Part shown: positions 29,209-38,941 of the stretch, piece after piece
Layout: each line of letters opens with the position of its first letter
How positions within the stretch are numbered: the stretch's first letter is position 1
NCBI GenBank assembly: GCA_963803875.1
Contig: CAWDOA010000016.1
Location: forward strand, 619,033-683,032
DNA: 64,000 bases
DNA from: an uncultured Acidimicrobiales bacterium
GTDB taxonomy: Bacteria; Actinomycetota; Acidimicrobiia; Acidimicrobiales; SZUA-35
Direction of reading: 5' to 3'
Translations under genes and position numbers: made by a program
The notes under the pieces: generated by a model
What the model saw: the letters and a program-made list of their open reading frames with translations, nothing else
Told to the model about the DNA's origin: nothing
Database searches by the model: none

Positions 29209-30003
29209 ATGGCAACAATCACCACCCTCACAACCGACGAGCAGCGTCAGGCGTTGCTCGACGCACTCGCCCCCGAGGACTGCACCGACAGTCTGTGGGA
29301 GTTCTGCGATTCCGGTCTTGCCGACGTGGTCGTACCCGAGCTCACGGCGCTGAAGTTGGAGCAAGATCCGATCCACAAACACAAAGACGTGCTGGCCCAC
29401 ACCATCGCCGTCACGAGCAAGACTCCCGCAGATCCTGTCATTCGGCTGGCAGCGCTGTTCCACGACATCGGCAAGCCGGCCACCCGTTCCTTTGATCATG
29501 GGGGGGTTACGTTCAGACACCATGAAGCGGTTGGGGCCAAGATCACCAAGAGGCGGCTGCGGGCACTCGAATTCGAACGGCCCATCGTCAAGGATGTTGC
29601 CGAGCTCGTGCGGTTGTCCGGTCGGTTCAAGGGGTACGCCGACGGTTGGAGCGATTCGGCGGTGCGGCGGTACGCCCGCGATGCCGGACATCTGCTGGGT
29701 CAACTCAACCGGTTGATTCGTTGCGACTGCACCACGAGGAACCGGGCCAAAGAGGCCCGGCTGATGGCCCACATCGACGAACTGGAACAGCGGATCCTCG
29801 AGCTGGCTCGAGCCGACGCCAAAGCCAAGGAACGGCCCCAGATGGACGGGAACGCCGTAATGGACTACCTCGGCCTGTCGGGTGGTCCGATGGTGGGTAG
29901 GGCGCTCACGTTCCTGCTGGAAGTGAAACGAACCGAAGGCGAACTGTCGCAACGGGAACTGGAGCATCGGCTCGACGCGTGGTGGGCCAAGAACAAGCCG
30001 TGA
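29209..30003 (+). CDS. HD-domain protein corresponding to the C-terminal half of an actinobacterial CCA-adding-type enzyme (no nucleotidyltransferase head)
   Basis: HKHKDVLAHTIAV, LAALFHDIGKPAT, FRHHEAVGA, WSDSAVRRYARDAG, LIRCDCTTRNRAKEARL, PQMDGNAVMDYLGLSGGPMVG. The gene starts 113 nt after a divergent gene, so no room remains for a PolyA_pol head. Confidence 0.7.
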   Translation: MATITTLTTDEQRQALLDALAPEDCTDSLWEFCDSGLADVVVPELTALKLEQDPIHKHKDVLAHTIAVTSKTPADPVIRLAALFHDIGKPATRSFDHGGVTFRHHEAVGAKITKRRLRALEFERPIVKDVAELVRLSGRFKGYADGWSDSAVRRYARDAGHLLGQLNRLIRCDCTTRNRAKEARLMAHIDELEQRILELARADAKAKERPQMDGNAVMDYLGLSGGPMVGRALTFLLEVKRTEGELSQRELEHRLDAWWAKNKP

Positions 30004-30284
30004 CCGCCGGCCGATTCGAAGACGAAGTCCGCCGGGTGCTCGGCGAGACCGAGCCGGGAGACGTTCTGACCTACGGGGAGGTGGCGTCCGAAGCCGGATT
30101 CCCCGGCGCAGCGCGGGCGGTGGGCAACCTCCTCCGGGTGGGAGAGGGGATGCCGTGGTGGCGGGTTGTGGCCGCATCGGGTCGCCTGAATCCCAGCGGG
30201 CCAGACGAACATGCCGAGCGTCTTCGGGCCGAGGGGCATCGCGTAGAGCCCAGCGCCGCTGGTCACCTGAGAATCTGTCAGTAA
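30000..30284 (+). CDS. MGMT-family DNA-binding protein lacking the active-site Cys (alkyltransferase-like, ATL)
   Basis: TYGEVASEAGFPGAARAVGNLL ... MPWWRVV stands in place of PCHRV. The GTG overlaps the upstream stop (GTGA). Confidence 0.7.
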   Translation: MTAGRFEDEVRRVLGETEPGDVLTYGEVASEAGFPGAARAVGNLLRVGEGMPWWRVVAASGRLNPSGPDEHAERLRAEGHRVEPSAAGHLRICQ

Positions 30285-31225
30285 CCGAAGCGCTGCCTGG
30301 TGCCAGCGGTCAGCGCGCTCACCAGCCGACGTTGTGCGGAGGGCATCTCGGTCTTCCAGCGGTCGTCGAGCCGTAGCCGCACGCTGGCGCTGCCGAAACG
30401 CATCGGGTTGCCGGCGGCGGAATGCATCTGAGTTGACAGCACACCGTGCGAGCCGTCGAACACGCCGGCGGGAAGGGTGGGCGGGTCGATGCCGGCGAAG
30501 GCTGCGACCTGTTCCAAACTTCCCACCGAATCGGCGAGGAAGTCCTCGTACCGCAACCGCAGGGTCGGGATTCCGAGCCGCTCGAGCAGCGCAAAGCCAG
30601 CGTTGTCGGTGACCCAACGACCGGCGGTGCGGGCCGGGGAGTAGCGAGGCATATGGGCCGGGGTGCCGCCGGTTGCTTCCGGACGGCTGATCTCTTTGGT
30701 CGATGAATACGCCACTCCCCGGGGATCGCGGATCACGTGGAGAACACGAACCTCGAGGCGCTCATCGAGGGAATACAGCACGGCCGAGCTCAAGTGTTTC
30801 GACGAGTCGAGCACGATGTCGGCACCGGTTCGTTCCTTGGCGACAACCCCGGCAGAGGCGATCACAGAGCCGATCAGTTGGAGGTACTCCCGATACGCCG
30901 CCGGGACGATTCCGGTTCGATGGGCTCGGATCATTTGAGGCAAGCGCCGGGAACGATCGATGTCCCACCGTTGTTCGATCACCTGCGCGGTGTCGACCGC
31001 TGACCAGTCGCCAAACGCCCTTCGCCCGACCTCTGACCAGTAGTCGCAGTGATGGAACGGCTCACCGCAGCCGCACAGTTCGTTGTTGCGGAGACCCCGC
31101 TCCCAGATGTGGACACTCTCGCCGATGGCAAAGGTCTGGGGGTACTCGTTCAGAAGGCGCTCGATCAGGGTGCTTCCCGACCGTCCCAGGCCTCCGATGA
31201 ACAACACTCGCTGCTTCACAGCCAT
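30278..31225 (-). CDS. sulfotransferase family protein
   Basis: PAPS 5'-phosphosulfate loop FIGGLGRSGSTLIERLL. 315 aa. Confidence 0.75.
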   Translation of the reverse strand: MAVKQRVLFIGGLGRSGSTLIERLLNEYPQTFAIGESVHIWERGLRNNELCGCGEPFHHCDYWSEVGRRAFGDWSAVDTAQVIEQRWDIDRSRRLPQMIRAHRTGIVPAAYREYLQLIGSVIASAGVVAKERTGADIVLDSSKHLSSAVLYSLDERLEVRVLHVIRDPRGVAYSSTKEISRPEATGGTPAHMPRYSPARTAGRWVTDNAGFALLERLGIPTLRLRYEDFLADSVGSLEQVAAFAGIDPPTLPAGVFDGSHGVLSTQMHSAAGNPMRFGSASVRLRLDDRWKTEMPSAQRRLVSALTAGTRQRFGY

Positions 31226-32148
31226 CCCATCGATCGGCCGAGCAGCCCTTCGGTGGCTTCGACACTCGGGGTGAGGGCCTCGACAAGGCGAGGGCGTTGG
31301 GCGGCCGGTTGCGATGAGTCAGCCCGCTTGTTCCATGCCTCGAACTCGTCGAGGGAGAACGGTTCGATCTCCAGGAAGTCAGTCACCTGGCGGTAGATCC
31401 TGGCCGGTTCCTCATACATGTCTTCGCTGCGCAGGATCAGGAGCTGGTGGGCTGGCCAGTGGTGGATCCATCGGGCCAGACCGCGCTCATAACGACCCTG
31501 ATCGACGTAGCTGTAGTGCTGATGGGCGAAGCTCACATAGCCGGGTTCTGTGATGATCCGCTCTTCCTCACCGGCGATTCGTTCGGCTTCGGCATCGAGT
31601 GCGGCGGAGAAGGAGAGCCACTCAACTCTGTTGCGAGTGCGCTCTCCCCAATGGCCAAAGGCCCGGTCGACCGGGTTGCGAAGCAGAGCAATCACCTTGG
31701 CTGTGGGCGCGTGGGCCCGGGCCCGTATTGGGGCGAGCGGGTGGTGGAGGTAGTACGGAGCCGCTTCACCAACGATCTGAGAGCTGGCCTTCAACGACGC
31801 CGCCAAGGGAAAGTGCGACGCGTACCAGTCGCTCCCGCGCTCATAGTTGACGTCGAAGTAGTAGGTGCCCTTTCGCGTCTCCCGCTCCGGGTACAGCGGG
31901 GACACTTCCGGATGTTCGAGTATCCATCGAGCCAGCGATGTGCTCCCGCCCCGCTTGGTGCCGATGATGAGGTAGTCGGGTTTGGCCCGCAGCGAGCTGG
32001 TGGCCGAACCAAACGTGCGGGCGCCGCCCAGCATTCGCCCCCGCAGTTGGTCAGTCAGTCCAACCCGCTCGCGTTCAGGACCTCCGTACGGGCTCAAACG
32101 GGGGAGCGGGTGAGGCGGTTGGGGGCCGGCGAAGCCAGGCCTGGTCAT
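31216..32148 (-). CDS. sulfotransferase domain protein
   Basis: IIGTKRGGSTSLARWI (PSB loop) and ALLRNPVDRAFGHW (3'-PB-like). Overlaps the downstream gene by 10 nt. Confidence 0.75.
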   Translation of the reverse strand: MTRPGFAGPQPPHPLPRLSPYGGPERERVGLTDQLRGRMLGGARTFGSATSSLRAKPDYLIIGTKRGGSTSLARWILEHPEVSPLYPERETRKGTYYFDVNYERGSDWYASHFPLAASLKASSQIVGEAAPYYLHHPLAPIRARAHAPTAKVIALLRNPVDRAFGHWGERTRNRVEWLSFSAALDAEAERIAGEEERIITEPGYVSFAHQHYSYVDQGRYERGLARWIHHWPAHQLLILRSEDMYEEPARIYRQVTDFLEIEPFSLDEFEAWNKRADSSQPAAQRPRLVEALTPSVEATEGLLGRSMGWL

Positions 32149-33125
32149 GCGTGGATCGGTCCGTCGTGCGCAGAGAGCGACGCCGGGGGTCGACCTCGAC
32201 GCACCGCCAGGAATTCTGCGGCCATCGCCACCGCAGTCTCGGCCGGTGAGCGGGAACCGAGGTCGAGGCCCAGGGGACCGTGAATTCTCGACCGGTCGGT
32301 ATAGCCGAGGGCCTCCAACTGTTCACCCCGTCGGCGCTGGGTGTTTCGTGAACCCATCGCTCCGATGTAGCCGACCACCCCGTCGAGTCCCGCAGCCAGA
32401 ACGGCAACGTCAACAGCGGGATCGTGGCTCAACACCAGTAGCGCGTCGGCCGGCGTTGCGGCAGTGCAGAACTCAGTCGCAGTTGCTACGTCTTCGACGA
32501 AAGCAATCTCCCACCCCATCAGTTCCCCCTGGGCTCGAAACGCTTCGGCCATCGGCCCACCGCCAACCACAATGGCTTTGGTGGTGGGAACCGCTGCGGA
32601 CAACAACACCGACCGTCCCTCGATCTCCACGATTTCGGTGTTCGACTGGCCCTGTCTCAGCAGTTGGCGGGCGTGTGTGATGGCGGCGTCAGTAGCCTCG
32701 GTATTCCACAGGTTGCCGGCCACGCCAACCGGGCCGACGGCGAGGTCGGTGCCCGACCCGTCAGCGGCGGCAGCGACAACGACAGGTTCTGCGCTGGCGA
32801 ACCAGGCGCCGATCTCCCCGGGAAGATCGGCGACAGGGCTGAGCATCAGGGTGGCCGTGCCTCCGCACAACAATCCTGCTGCCACGGCGTCCGCCTCGGC
32901 GATCGGGACCTCGATCACCTTCCGTCCGCTTCCAGCGTCGAGAATGTGCCGGTCGACGATGCCCCCGAGTACCGAACCCTCTATCGTCGCGGCCCCGCCG
33001 GCGCCGGGGATGACAACGGCACCATCGGTGCTGTCTCGGACTCCGATTCCCCTGATGTGGACCACACGAACCAGCGTTCCGGCCTCAGCTCGTAGTGAAC
33101 GAAGAGTTTCTCGTACCCGTTCCAT
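32145..33125 (-). CDS. XdhC/CoxI family accessory protein
   Basis: N-terminal XdhC_CoxI-like LVRVVHIRGIG...GGTATLMLSP and a C-terminal Rossmann VVGGGPMAEA ... YIGAMGSRNT ... IHGPLGLDLGSRSPAETAVA. ATG at 33125. The stop overlaps the next gene (ATGA). Confidence 0.8.
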   Translation of the reverse strand: MERVRETLRSLRAEAGTLVRVVHIRGIGVRDSTDGAVVIPGAGGAATIEGSVLGGIVDRHILDAGSGRKVIEVPIAEADAVAAGLLCGGTATLMLSPVADLPGEIGAWFASAEPVVVAAAADGSGTDLAVGPVGVAGNLWNTEATDAAITHARQLLRQGQSNTEIVEIEGRSVLLSAAVPTTKAIVVGGGPMAEAFRAQGELMGWEIAFVEDVATATEFCTAATPADALLVLSHDPAVDVAVLAAGLDGVVGYIGAMGSRNTQRRRGEQLEALGYTDRSRIHGPLGLDLGSRSPAETAVAMAAEFLAVRRGRPPASLSAHDGPIHA

Positions 33126-33140
33126 CAACACAGGATGCCA

Positions 33141-33715
33141 ATGGGCGATACTCTTTGCGCCGTGGGTTTGATATGCAGCCGTATCGGGTGCCGGGAAAAG
33201 CAGCCGCAAGTCTTCAGTTCGACGTCGAACGTTCAACTGCGACCCTCATCGACCTCACCCACGCACGAAACGGCATGCCCCTGTGCGAACGACATGCGTC
33301 ATCGCGGACCGCGCCGATCGGTTGGCAGCTTGTCGACCACCGGACCGGGGCACGGCAGATGGACATCTGGTCGACCGAGGACGAGGATCGACCCGCCCCT
33401 GCCTTCGCTCCACCGACCGATCGACCTGCGGCCCGGCGGCCGGTAGATCCGGTCAGCACCGAAGAGAACCCCGGGGCACACACCGAGGCCGCTTCCGCCC
33501 CGACGGCTCCTCCCATCGACCGTCCTGCGGCTCGCCGTCCTGAGCCCGAGCCAGTCCCTGAGCCCGAGCCGGTCGACGAAGTCGAAGAAGCTCCGGCCGA
33601 GAGCGGATTTCACTGGCCAAAACAAGGTGACGAGCACGATGCGGCCGAGGATAAGAAAGAGGGCCTTGCCGCCGAAAGCCCGCTACTTTCACGAGCCTTC
33701 CGGGCTGCCAAATAG
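33141..33715 (+). pseudogene. DUF3499-like protein with Pro/Arg-rich tail, one frame break as written
   Basis: CSRIGCREK (frame of ORF 33135..33446) continues as AAASLQFDVERSTATLIDL...PLCERHASSRTAPIGWQLVD (ORF 33095..33715). The step is in the A run at 33195-33198. The start is uncertain (33135-33168). Confidence 0.55.
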
Positions 33716-33743
33716 CCTCGGAACGCGAGTGGAGGCCAACTGG

Positions 33744-36555
33744 TCAGTCGGCAAATGCCTCCAGCGGCGGGCATGAACACTGGAGGTTTCTGTCGCCGTG
33801 CGCGTTGTCGATCCGGCCCACCGGCGGGAAGTACTTGTCGCGCTCCATTCCCGGCAGCGGAAACGCCGCCTGCGCTCGGCTATAGGGTCGGCTCCACTCG
33901 TCGCTGAGAACATCGGCAGCGGTGTGAGGGGAATGGCGCAGCACGCTCTCATCGATGTCGACATCGCCGGAGGCGATCGCGCCGATTTCGTTGGCGATAC
34001 CGATCATGGCATCGCAGAAGCGGTCGAGTTCGGCCAGGCTCTCGCTCTCGGTCGGCTCGATCATCAACGTCCCCGCAACCGGGAAGCTCATTGTCGGGGC
34101 GTGGAATCCGTAGTCCGCCAGTCGCTTGGCAATGTCGTCGACGTCGATGCCTGTGCTCTCGTGGAGCGGGCGGATGTCGATGATGCACTCATGAGCAACA
34201 AGACCTCCCGGCCCGGTGTAGAGGATCGGGTAGTGCTCACGGAGTCGTGACGCGATGTAGTTGGCGGCCAGAACTGCGCCTTCGGTAGCTCGGCGTAGTC
34301 CCTCGGGGCCCATCATTCGGATGTACATCCACGAGATCGGAAGGATCCCCGCTGATCCGTAGGCGGCTCCTGAGACTCGACGTTGGCGTTCGCCAAGGTC
34401 GGCCAATTCAACCTGGGGCAGGAACGGAATCAGGTGTTCTCCAACCCCGATGGGGCCAACGCCGGGGCCGCCGCCACCATGGGGGATGCAGAATGTCTTG
34501 TGAAGATTGAGGTGGCTCACGTCGGACCCGAATGATCCGGGCTGGGCCACCCCGACCAGCGCGTTCAGATTGGCGCCATCGGTGTAGACCTGGCCGCCGG
34601 CGTCGTGAACCATCTGGCATACCTCCGCCACGGTGTGTTCATAGACACCGTGGGTGCTCGGGTAGGTGATCATCAGGGCTGCAAGTTCGTTGCCGTGGGT
34701 CGTGATCTTGGCCCGCAGGTCATCGAGGTCGATGTCGCCGCGATCATTGCAGGCGACGACGACGACTTTCAAGCCAGCCATAACCGCAGATGCGGCGTTG
34801 GTGCCGTGGGCGCTCTGAGGGATGAGGCACACGGTTCGGTGGCCTTCGCCGCGAGCGTCCTGCCAACCCTTGATGGCGAGCAGCCCTGCGTATTCACCTT
34901 GACTTCCGGCGTTGGGCTGCAAGCTGATGGCGTCGTACCCGGTGATCGCCGCTAGATCGGCTTCGAGATCGCCAATCAGCTGCAGATACCCGGCGGTTTG
35001 CTCAGCGGGAGCGAACGGATGAATGCCGGCGAACTCGGGCCAGGTGATGGGCTCCATCTCGGCGGCTGCATTCAGCTTCATGGTGCACGACCCCAACGGG
35101 ATCATCGTGCGGTCGAGAGCCAGATCTCGGTCGGCAAGCCGTCGCAGCCAACGCAGCATCTCGTGTTCGCTCTGAAAACGGTGGAACCTGTCGTCGGTGA
35201 GGAACGAAGAGCTTCGCGACAGCGACGTCGGTATTCCCGAACCTTCTTCCGACAGGTAATCGACTCCAAATGCGTCGAGCAGGTTGCGCACGGTCTGGCC
35301 AGTGGTGGTCTCGTCGAAGCTCACCGAGATGTGGGTGTCGCTGAACCTCCGTGATGTTGATTCCTTTTGCGGCTGCGGCGGCGACCATCGTGTCGGCGTC
35401 ACCCGCAATGGTCACGGTGTCGAAGAACGTTTCGGAGCACTCATGACCGGCCGCAGCCATGGACGACCGAAACGTCGATGTCAGACCGTTGATGCGCTCG
35501 GCAATGGCAGTGAGTCCGTCGGGCCCGTGCCAGCACGCATAGGATGCCGCAACGTTGGCCAGCAGCGCTTGGGCAGTGCAAATGTTGGATGTGGCCTTGT
35601 CCCTGCGGATGTGTTGTTCCCTTGTCTGAAGGGCAAGGCGATAGGCGGGGTGGCCGTGGCTGTCGATACTGACACCGACCAGACGGCCCGGAAGGGACCG
35701 GGCGTGTTTCTCCTTGGTCGCCATGAAGCCGGCGTGAGGGCCACCGAAACCCATGGGTACCCCGAAGCGTTGAGCGCTGCCGACCACAACGTCGGCGCCC
35801 GCTTCGCCAGGGGGAGTGCCGAGCGTGCAGTAGAACAGGTCGGTGGTAACAGCTGCCGTCGCCTGGGCATCGTGAAGTGATCGAATGATCGGGCCGAGGT
35901 CGGAGATGGCCCCGGACGATCCGGGCTGAGCAAGCAATGCGCCGTACACCTCATCGGGAACGAGATCGGTGGCGGGGTCACCGATGGTGACGTCGATCCC
36001 GAGCGGTTCGGCTCGGGTGAGGCAGACTGCGATGGTCTGCGGATGACAGTCCTGGTCTACGAAGAACCCGTTCCGTTTGGTTCGGTCGAGGCGGCGGAGC
36101 ATGGTCATCGCTTCGGCCGATGCGGTCGATTCGTCCAGCAACGATGCGTTTGCTAATTCACAGCCGGTGAGGTCGGCGATCATGGTTTGGAACACCAAAA
36201 GCATTTCCAGTCGGCCCTGACTGATCTCGGGCTGATATGGCGTGTAGGCCGTGTACCACGCCGGGTTTTCGATCATGTTGCGACGAATGACCGCTGGTGT
36301 GATGGTGTCGTTCCAGCCTTGACCGATCAGTGAAGTGAAGACCTGATTCTGGTCGGCGTAGGCCCGAAGGGCGGCGATCGCCTCGGTCTCCGAGAGGGCC
36401 GAGGGTACCCCCAACGGCCCATCGATCTGGATGTCATCGGGCACTGCGTCTCCCAGCAGATCCGATGCTGACCCGTAGCCGAGACCGGCCAGCATCTTGG
36501 CCCGATCGTCGTCGGTGAGGCTTATGTGGCGATCGGCGAATGAGTGGTGGGACAT
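33744..36555 (-). pseudogene. gcvP: glycine dehydrogenase (decarboxylating), single-chain P-protein; one frame break as written
   Basis: ORF 35002..36603 carries the N-terminal half (AWYTAYTPYQPEISQGRLE, GFGGPHAGFMA, REQHIRRDKATSNICT). ORF 33744..35408 carries the C-terminal half ([25 protein letters not shown]). The junction GINI|[14 protein letters not shown] is near 35350. The ATG at 36555 abuts the gcvT stop. Confidence 0.9.
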
Positions 36556-36556
36556 G

Positions 36557-37666
36557 TCAAGCTCCTCGGTGGAAACGGTGGGGGGTGAAGGGCAGGGATG
36601 CAACGGTGCAGACGACGTCGTTCCCGCGCACGTCGGCGATCAGTTCGGTTCCGATGGCGGCCAGTTGCGGTGGGACATAACCCATCGCAACCGGAGCTTG
36701 GACGGTAGGACCGAAGCCGCCACTGGACACCACGCCGCAAGGCTGAGTCCCTCCGGCAACTCTCAATTCAGCGCCATCCCGGACCGGTCGTCGACCACGG
36801 GGCGCCAGCCCAACCCGGACACGGGAAGGCCCTTCGGCCCACTCCCGCAGAACTCGCTCAGCACCGGGAAAGTCTGCGGCATCGCGACGCCGTTTGGGGA
36901 TGGTCCATTTCAGGTCGGCCTCGACCGGGGATGTGGTTGTGTCGAGATCGTTGCCGTAGAGGCAGAGACCAGCTTCGAGGCGCAGGGTGTCGCGTGCTCC
37001 GAGGCCAGCCGGTCGAACCCGATCGTCGGCCAGCAGCAATCGGGCGAGTGCCTCGGCGTTGTTTGTATCGACCGCGATTTCGAAGCCGTCCTCGCCGGTG
37101 TAACCGGCCCGGAATGCTGCTGCCGGAATCCCGCCCAGTTCTGTGGCACGGGCGTCGAGAAACACCGTGTCGGCCAGTCCGGCATCGTGGGCGATTACTA
37201 CATCGGCTGCTGCCGGGCCCTGGAGGGCGATGAGGGCGATCCCCGGCTTTGGACGTACCTCGATGCCGGTGAGCCGTTCGGTGAGGTGAGGAATGTCCAC
37301 ATGGGCTCGCGCCGCGTTGACCACCAGCGTGAAGTGTTGGCCCCAGTTGATCGCCATGAAGTCGTCGATCACCCCGCCATCGTCGTTGGTGAGGAGGCCA
37401 TATCGCTGCCGACCCTCGCCGAGGTTCGCGAAACCGGCCGGTGAGACCGTTTCGAGTGCCGTTCCGGGGTCAGCGCCCCACAGTTCAACCACTGCCATAT
37501 GGGCCACGTCGAAAAGGGCTGCGCTGGTGCGGCACCAGTTGTGCTCGGCCACAACTCCCTCGTACTGGATGGGCATCTCCCACCCTGCGAACGGCACAAG
37601 CCGTGCGCCCAGTTCCTGGTGAAGTTGGTGCAGCGGGGTTGTTTTCAAAGAGTCTGGACTTGACAC
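36557..37666 (-). CDS. gcvT: glycine cleavage system aminomethyltransferase T-protein
   Basis: PLHQLHQELGARLVPFAGWEMPIQY, SAALFDVAHM, GYTGEDGFEI, ARDTLRLEAGL. The start is set at GTG 37666 (GAGG 9 nt upstream), because the longer ORF start at 37726 lies inside the riboswitch. Confidence 0.9.
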   Translation of the reverse strand: MSSPDSLKTTPLHQLHQELGARLVPFAGWEMPIQYEGVVAEHNWCRTSAALFDVAHMAVVELWGADPGTALETVSPAGFANLGEGRQRYGLLTNDDGGVIDDFMAINWGQHFTLVVNAARAHVDIPHLTERLTGIEVRPKPGIALIALQGPAAADVVIAHDAGLADTVFLDARATELGGIPAAAFRAGYTGEDGFEIAVDTNNAEALARLLLADDRVRPAGLGARDTLRLEAGLCLYGNDLDTTTSPVEADLKWTIPKRRRDAADFPGAERVLREWAEGPSRVRVGLAPRGRRPVRDGAELRVAGGTQPCGVVSSGGFGPTVQAPVAMGYVPPQLAAIGTELIADVRGNDVVCTVASLPFTPHRFHRGA

Positions 37667-37699
37667 GGTGGGTACCTCATCGCGGTGGACGGTGGTCAC

Positions 37700-37880
37700 C
37701 CCCTCTGTCAGTGTGCCTGAGAGCATTTGCCCCTTCGGCGGTCGGCCTCACCAATCCCCAGGTGACCAACTCTCTCCAGAGGAGCCGGAGTGCAGATGCG
37801 GTACGGGGGCCTGAGAGATTCCGGGGTGGTTGCTCCTTCGGCGACCGGGATTGGACCGGTGCTCTCCCACACTGCTGTGC
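37700..37880 (-). promoter_or_regulatory. tandem glycine riboswitch (two aptamers)
   Basis: The minus strand reads GGGAGAGCACC...CGCCGAAGGAGCAAC...CTCTCAGGC, then CTCTGGAGAGAG...CCGCCGAAGGGGCAAATGCTCTCAGGCAC...ACAGAGGG. These match the two conserved aptamer cores, directly upstream of gcvT. Confidence 0.85.
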
Positions 37881-37932
37881 GGCTCACGGTCGAAGGTAGC
37901 ACTGTTCGCATCGAGGGAGTTCACTGAACCGA

Positions 37933-38805
37933 ATGACAATTGTGGTTGATGCCGGCGGTCCTGACGAGGTTTGGATGAGCGAGTTGGAACGTCTGCTTCC
38001 CGACGAAGCGTTCGTCGGGAAGGACGCCCCGGTCGACCCCGCCGATGTGGAATTCGTTGTTCACTGGCAGCATCCGACGGAGAAGATCCTCGGTTATCGG
38101 AATCTTCGGGGCCTGGTGTTGTCGAGCGCCGGATTCGATCACGTGCCGCCCGAGATTCGCACTGCGGTGCCGGTGGTTCGTTTGATCGACCCTGCCATGG
38201 CGGTTGACATCGCTCACTTCTGCTTGAGCTGGATCATTCATTTCCAACGAAACTTCGACCGGTTCGCCGATCAGCAGGTTCGTTTCGAGTGGCGCAAACT
38301 CGAGCCGATCTTTCCTCGCGACTACACCGTTGGTGTGCTCGGTCGAGGTCAGATCGGAACGGTGGTGCTCGACGCAATCGCCGATCAGGGATTCACGGTG
38401 GTTGGTTGGTCCCGATCGAACAACGATCGAAGTCTGAACCAGTTTTTCGCCGATTGTGACGCCGTCGTCAACCTGTTGCCGAACAATGAGGGGACCCGTC
38501 GTCTCATCTCAACCGATCTCCTGTCGGCGCTCGGCAATGGAGTCCTGATCAACGTCGGGCGTGGCCCAACCGTTGACTCCGACGCCTTGCTGGGGGCACT
38601 TGACGGTCCGCTTCGGGCGGCGGTGCTCGATGTGTTTGACACCGAACCCCTGCCGGCCGACAGCCCGCTCTGGGCGCACCCCAAGATCCGGATCACGCCC
38701 CACATCGCCGGGAGGACCGATCCCTACACCGCAGCAGCAGTGGTCGCCGACAACATTGGGGACCTGCGAGCCGGTCGTGAACCGGCTGGCTTGGTGCGGT
38801 TCTAG
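37933..38805 (+). CDS. D-isomer 2-hydroxyacid dehydrogenase (glyoxylate/hydroxypyruvate reductase A-like)
   Basis: VGVLGRGQIG, INVGRGPTVD, LDVFDTEPLP, ITPHIAGRT. Confidence 0.8.
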   Translation: MTIVVDAGGPDEVWMSELERLLPDEAFVGKDAPVDPADVEFVVHWQHPTEKILGYRNLRGLVLSSAGFDHVPPEIRTAVPVVRLIDPAMAVDIAHFCLSWIIHFQRNFDRFADQQVRFEWRKLEPIFPRDYTVGVLGRGQIGTVVLDAIADQGFTVVGWSRSNNDRSLNQFFADCDAVVNLLPNNEGTRRLISTDLLSALGNGVLINVGRGPTVDSDALLGALDGPLRAAVLDVFDTEPLPADSPLWAHPKIRITPHIAGRTDPYTAAAVVADNIGDLRAGREPAGLVRF

Positions 38806-38830
38806 AGCTGTACCCCTTTTCGTTTCCCAT

Positions 38831-38933
38831 ATTCCGTTCGACAACCACATCCGGCCGAAATTCCGTTCGGAGCGCACAGCAGATGTGGTCCTGGAACGGG
38901 AGAAGTGAGTTATGTGGTGCCCGAACGGAATTT
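38831..38933. repeat. intergenic nested repeat element (three copies of an ATTCCGTTCG core, one inverted)
   Basis: AAATTCCGTTCGG (38858-38870) is the exact reverse complement of CCGAACGGAATTT (38921-38933). A partial direct copy ATTCCGTTCGA lies at 38831-38841. A second pair, CCACATC 38845-38851 / GATGTGG 38882-38888, interleaves with these. Confidence 0.6.
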
Positions 38934-38941
38934 GGCGGTGG

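Noticed and set aside
37667-37726. Longer gcvT start at 37726 given by the ORF track
   Set aside because: Those codons overlap the second glycine-riboswitch aptamer (GCAAATGCTCTCAGGCAC...ACAGAGGG). A GTG with a GAGG Shine-Dalgarno follows at 37666.
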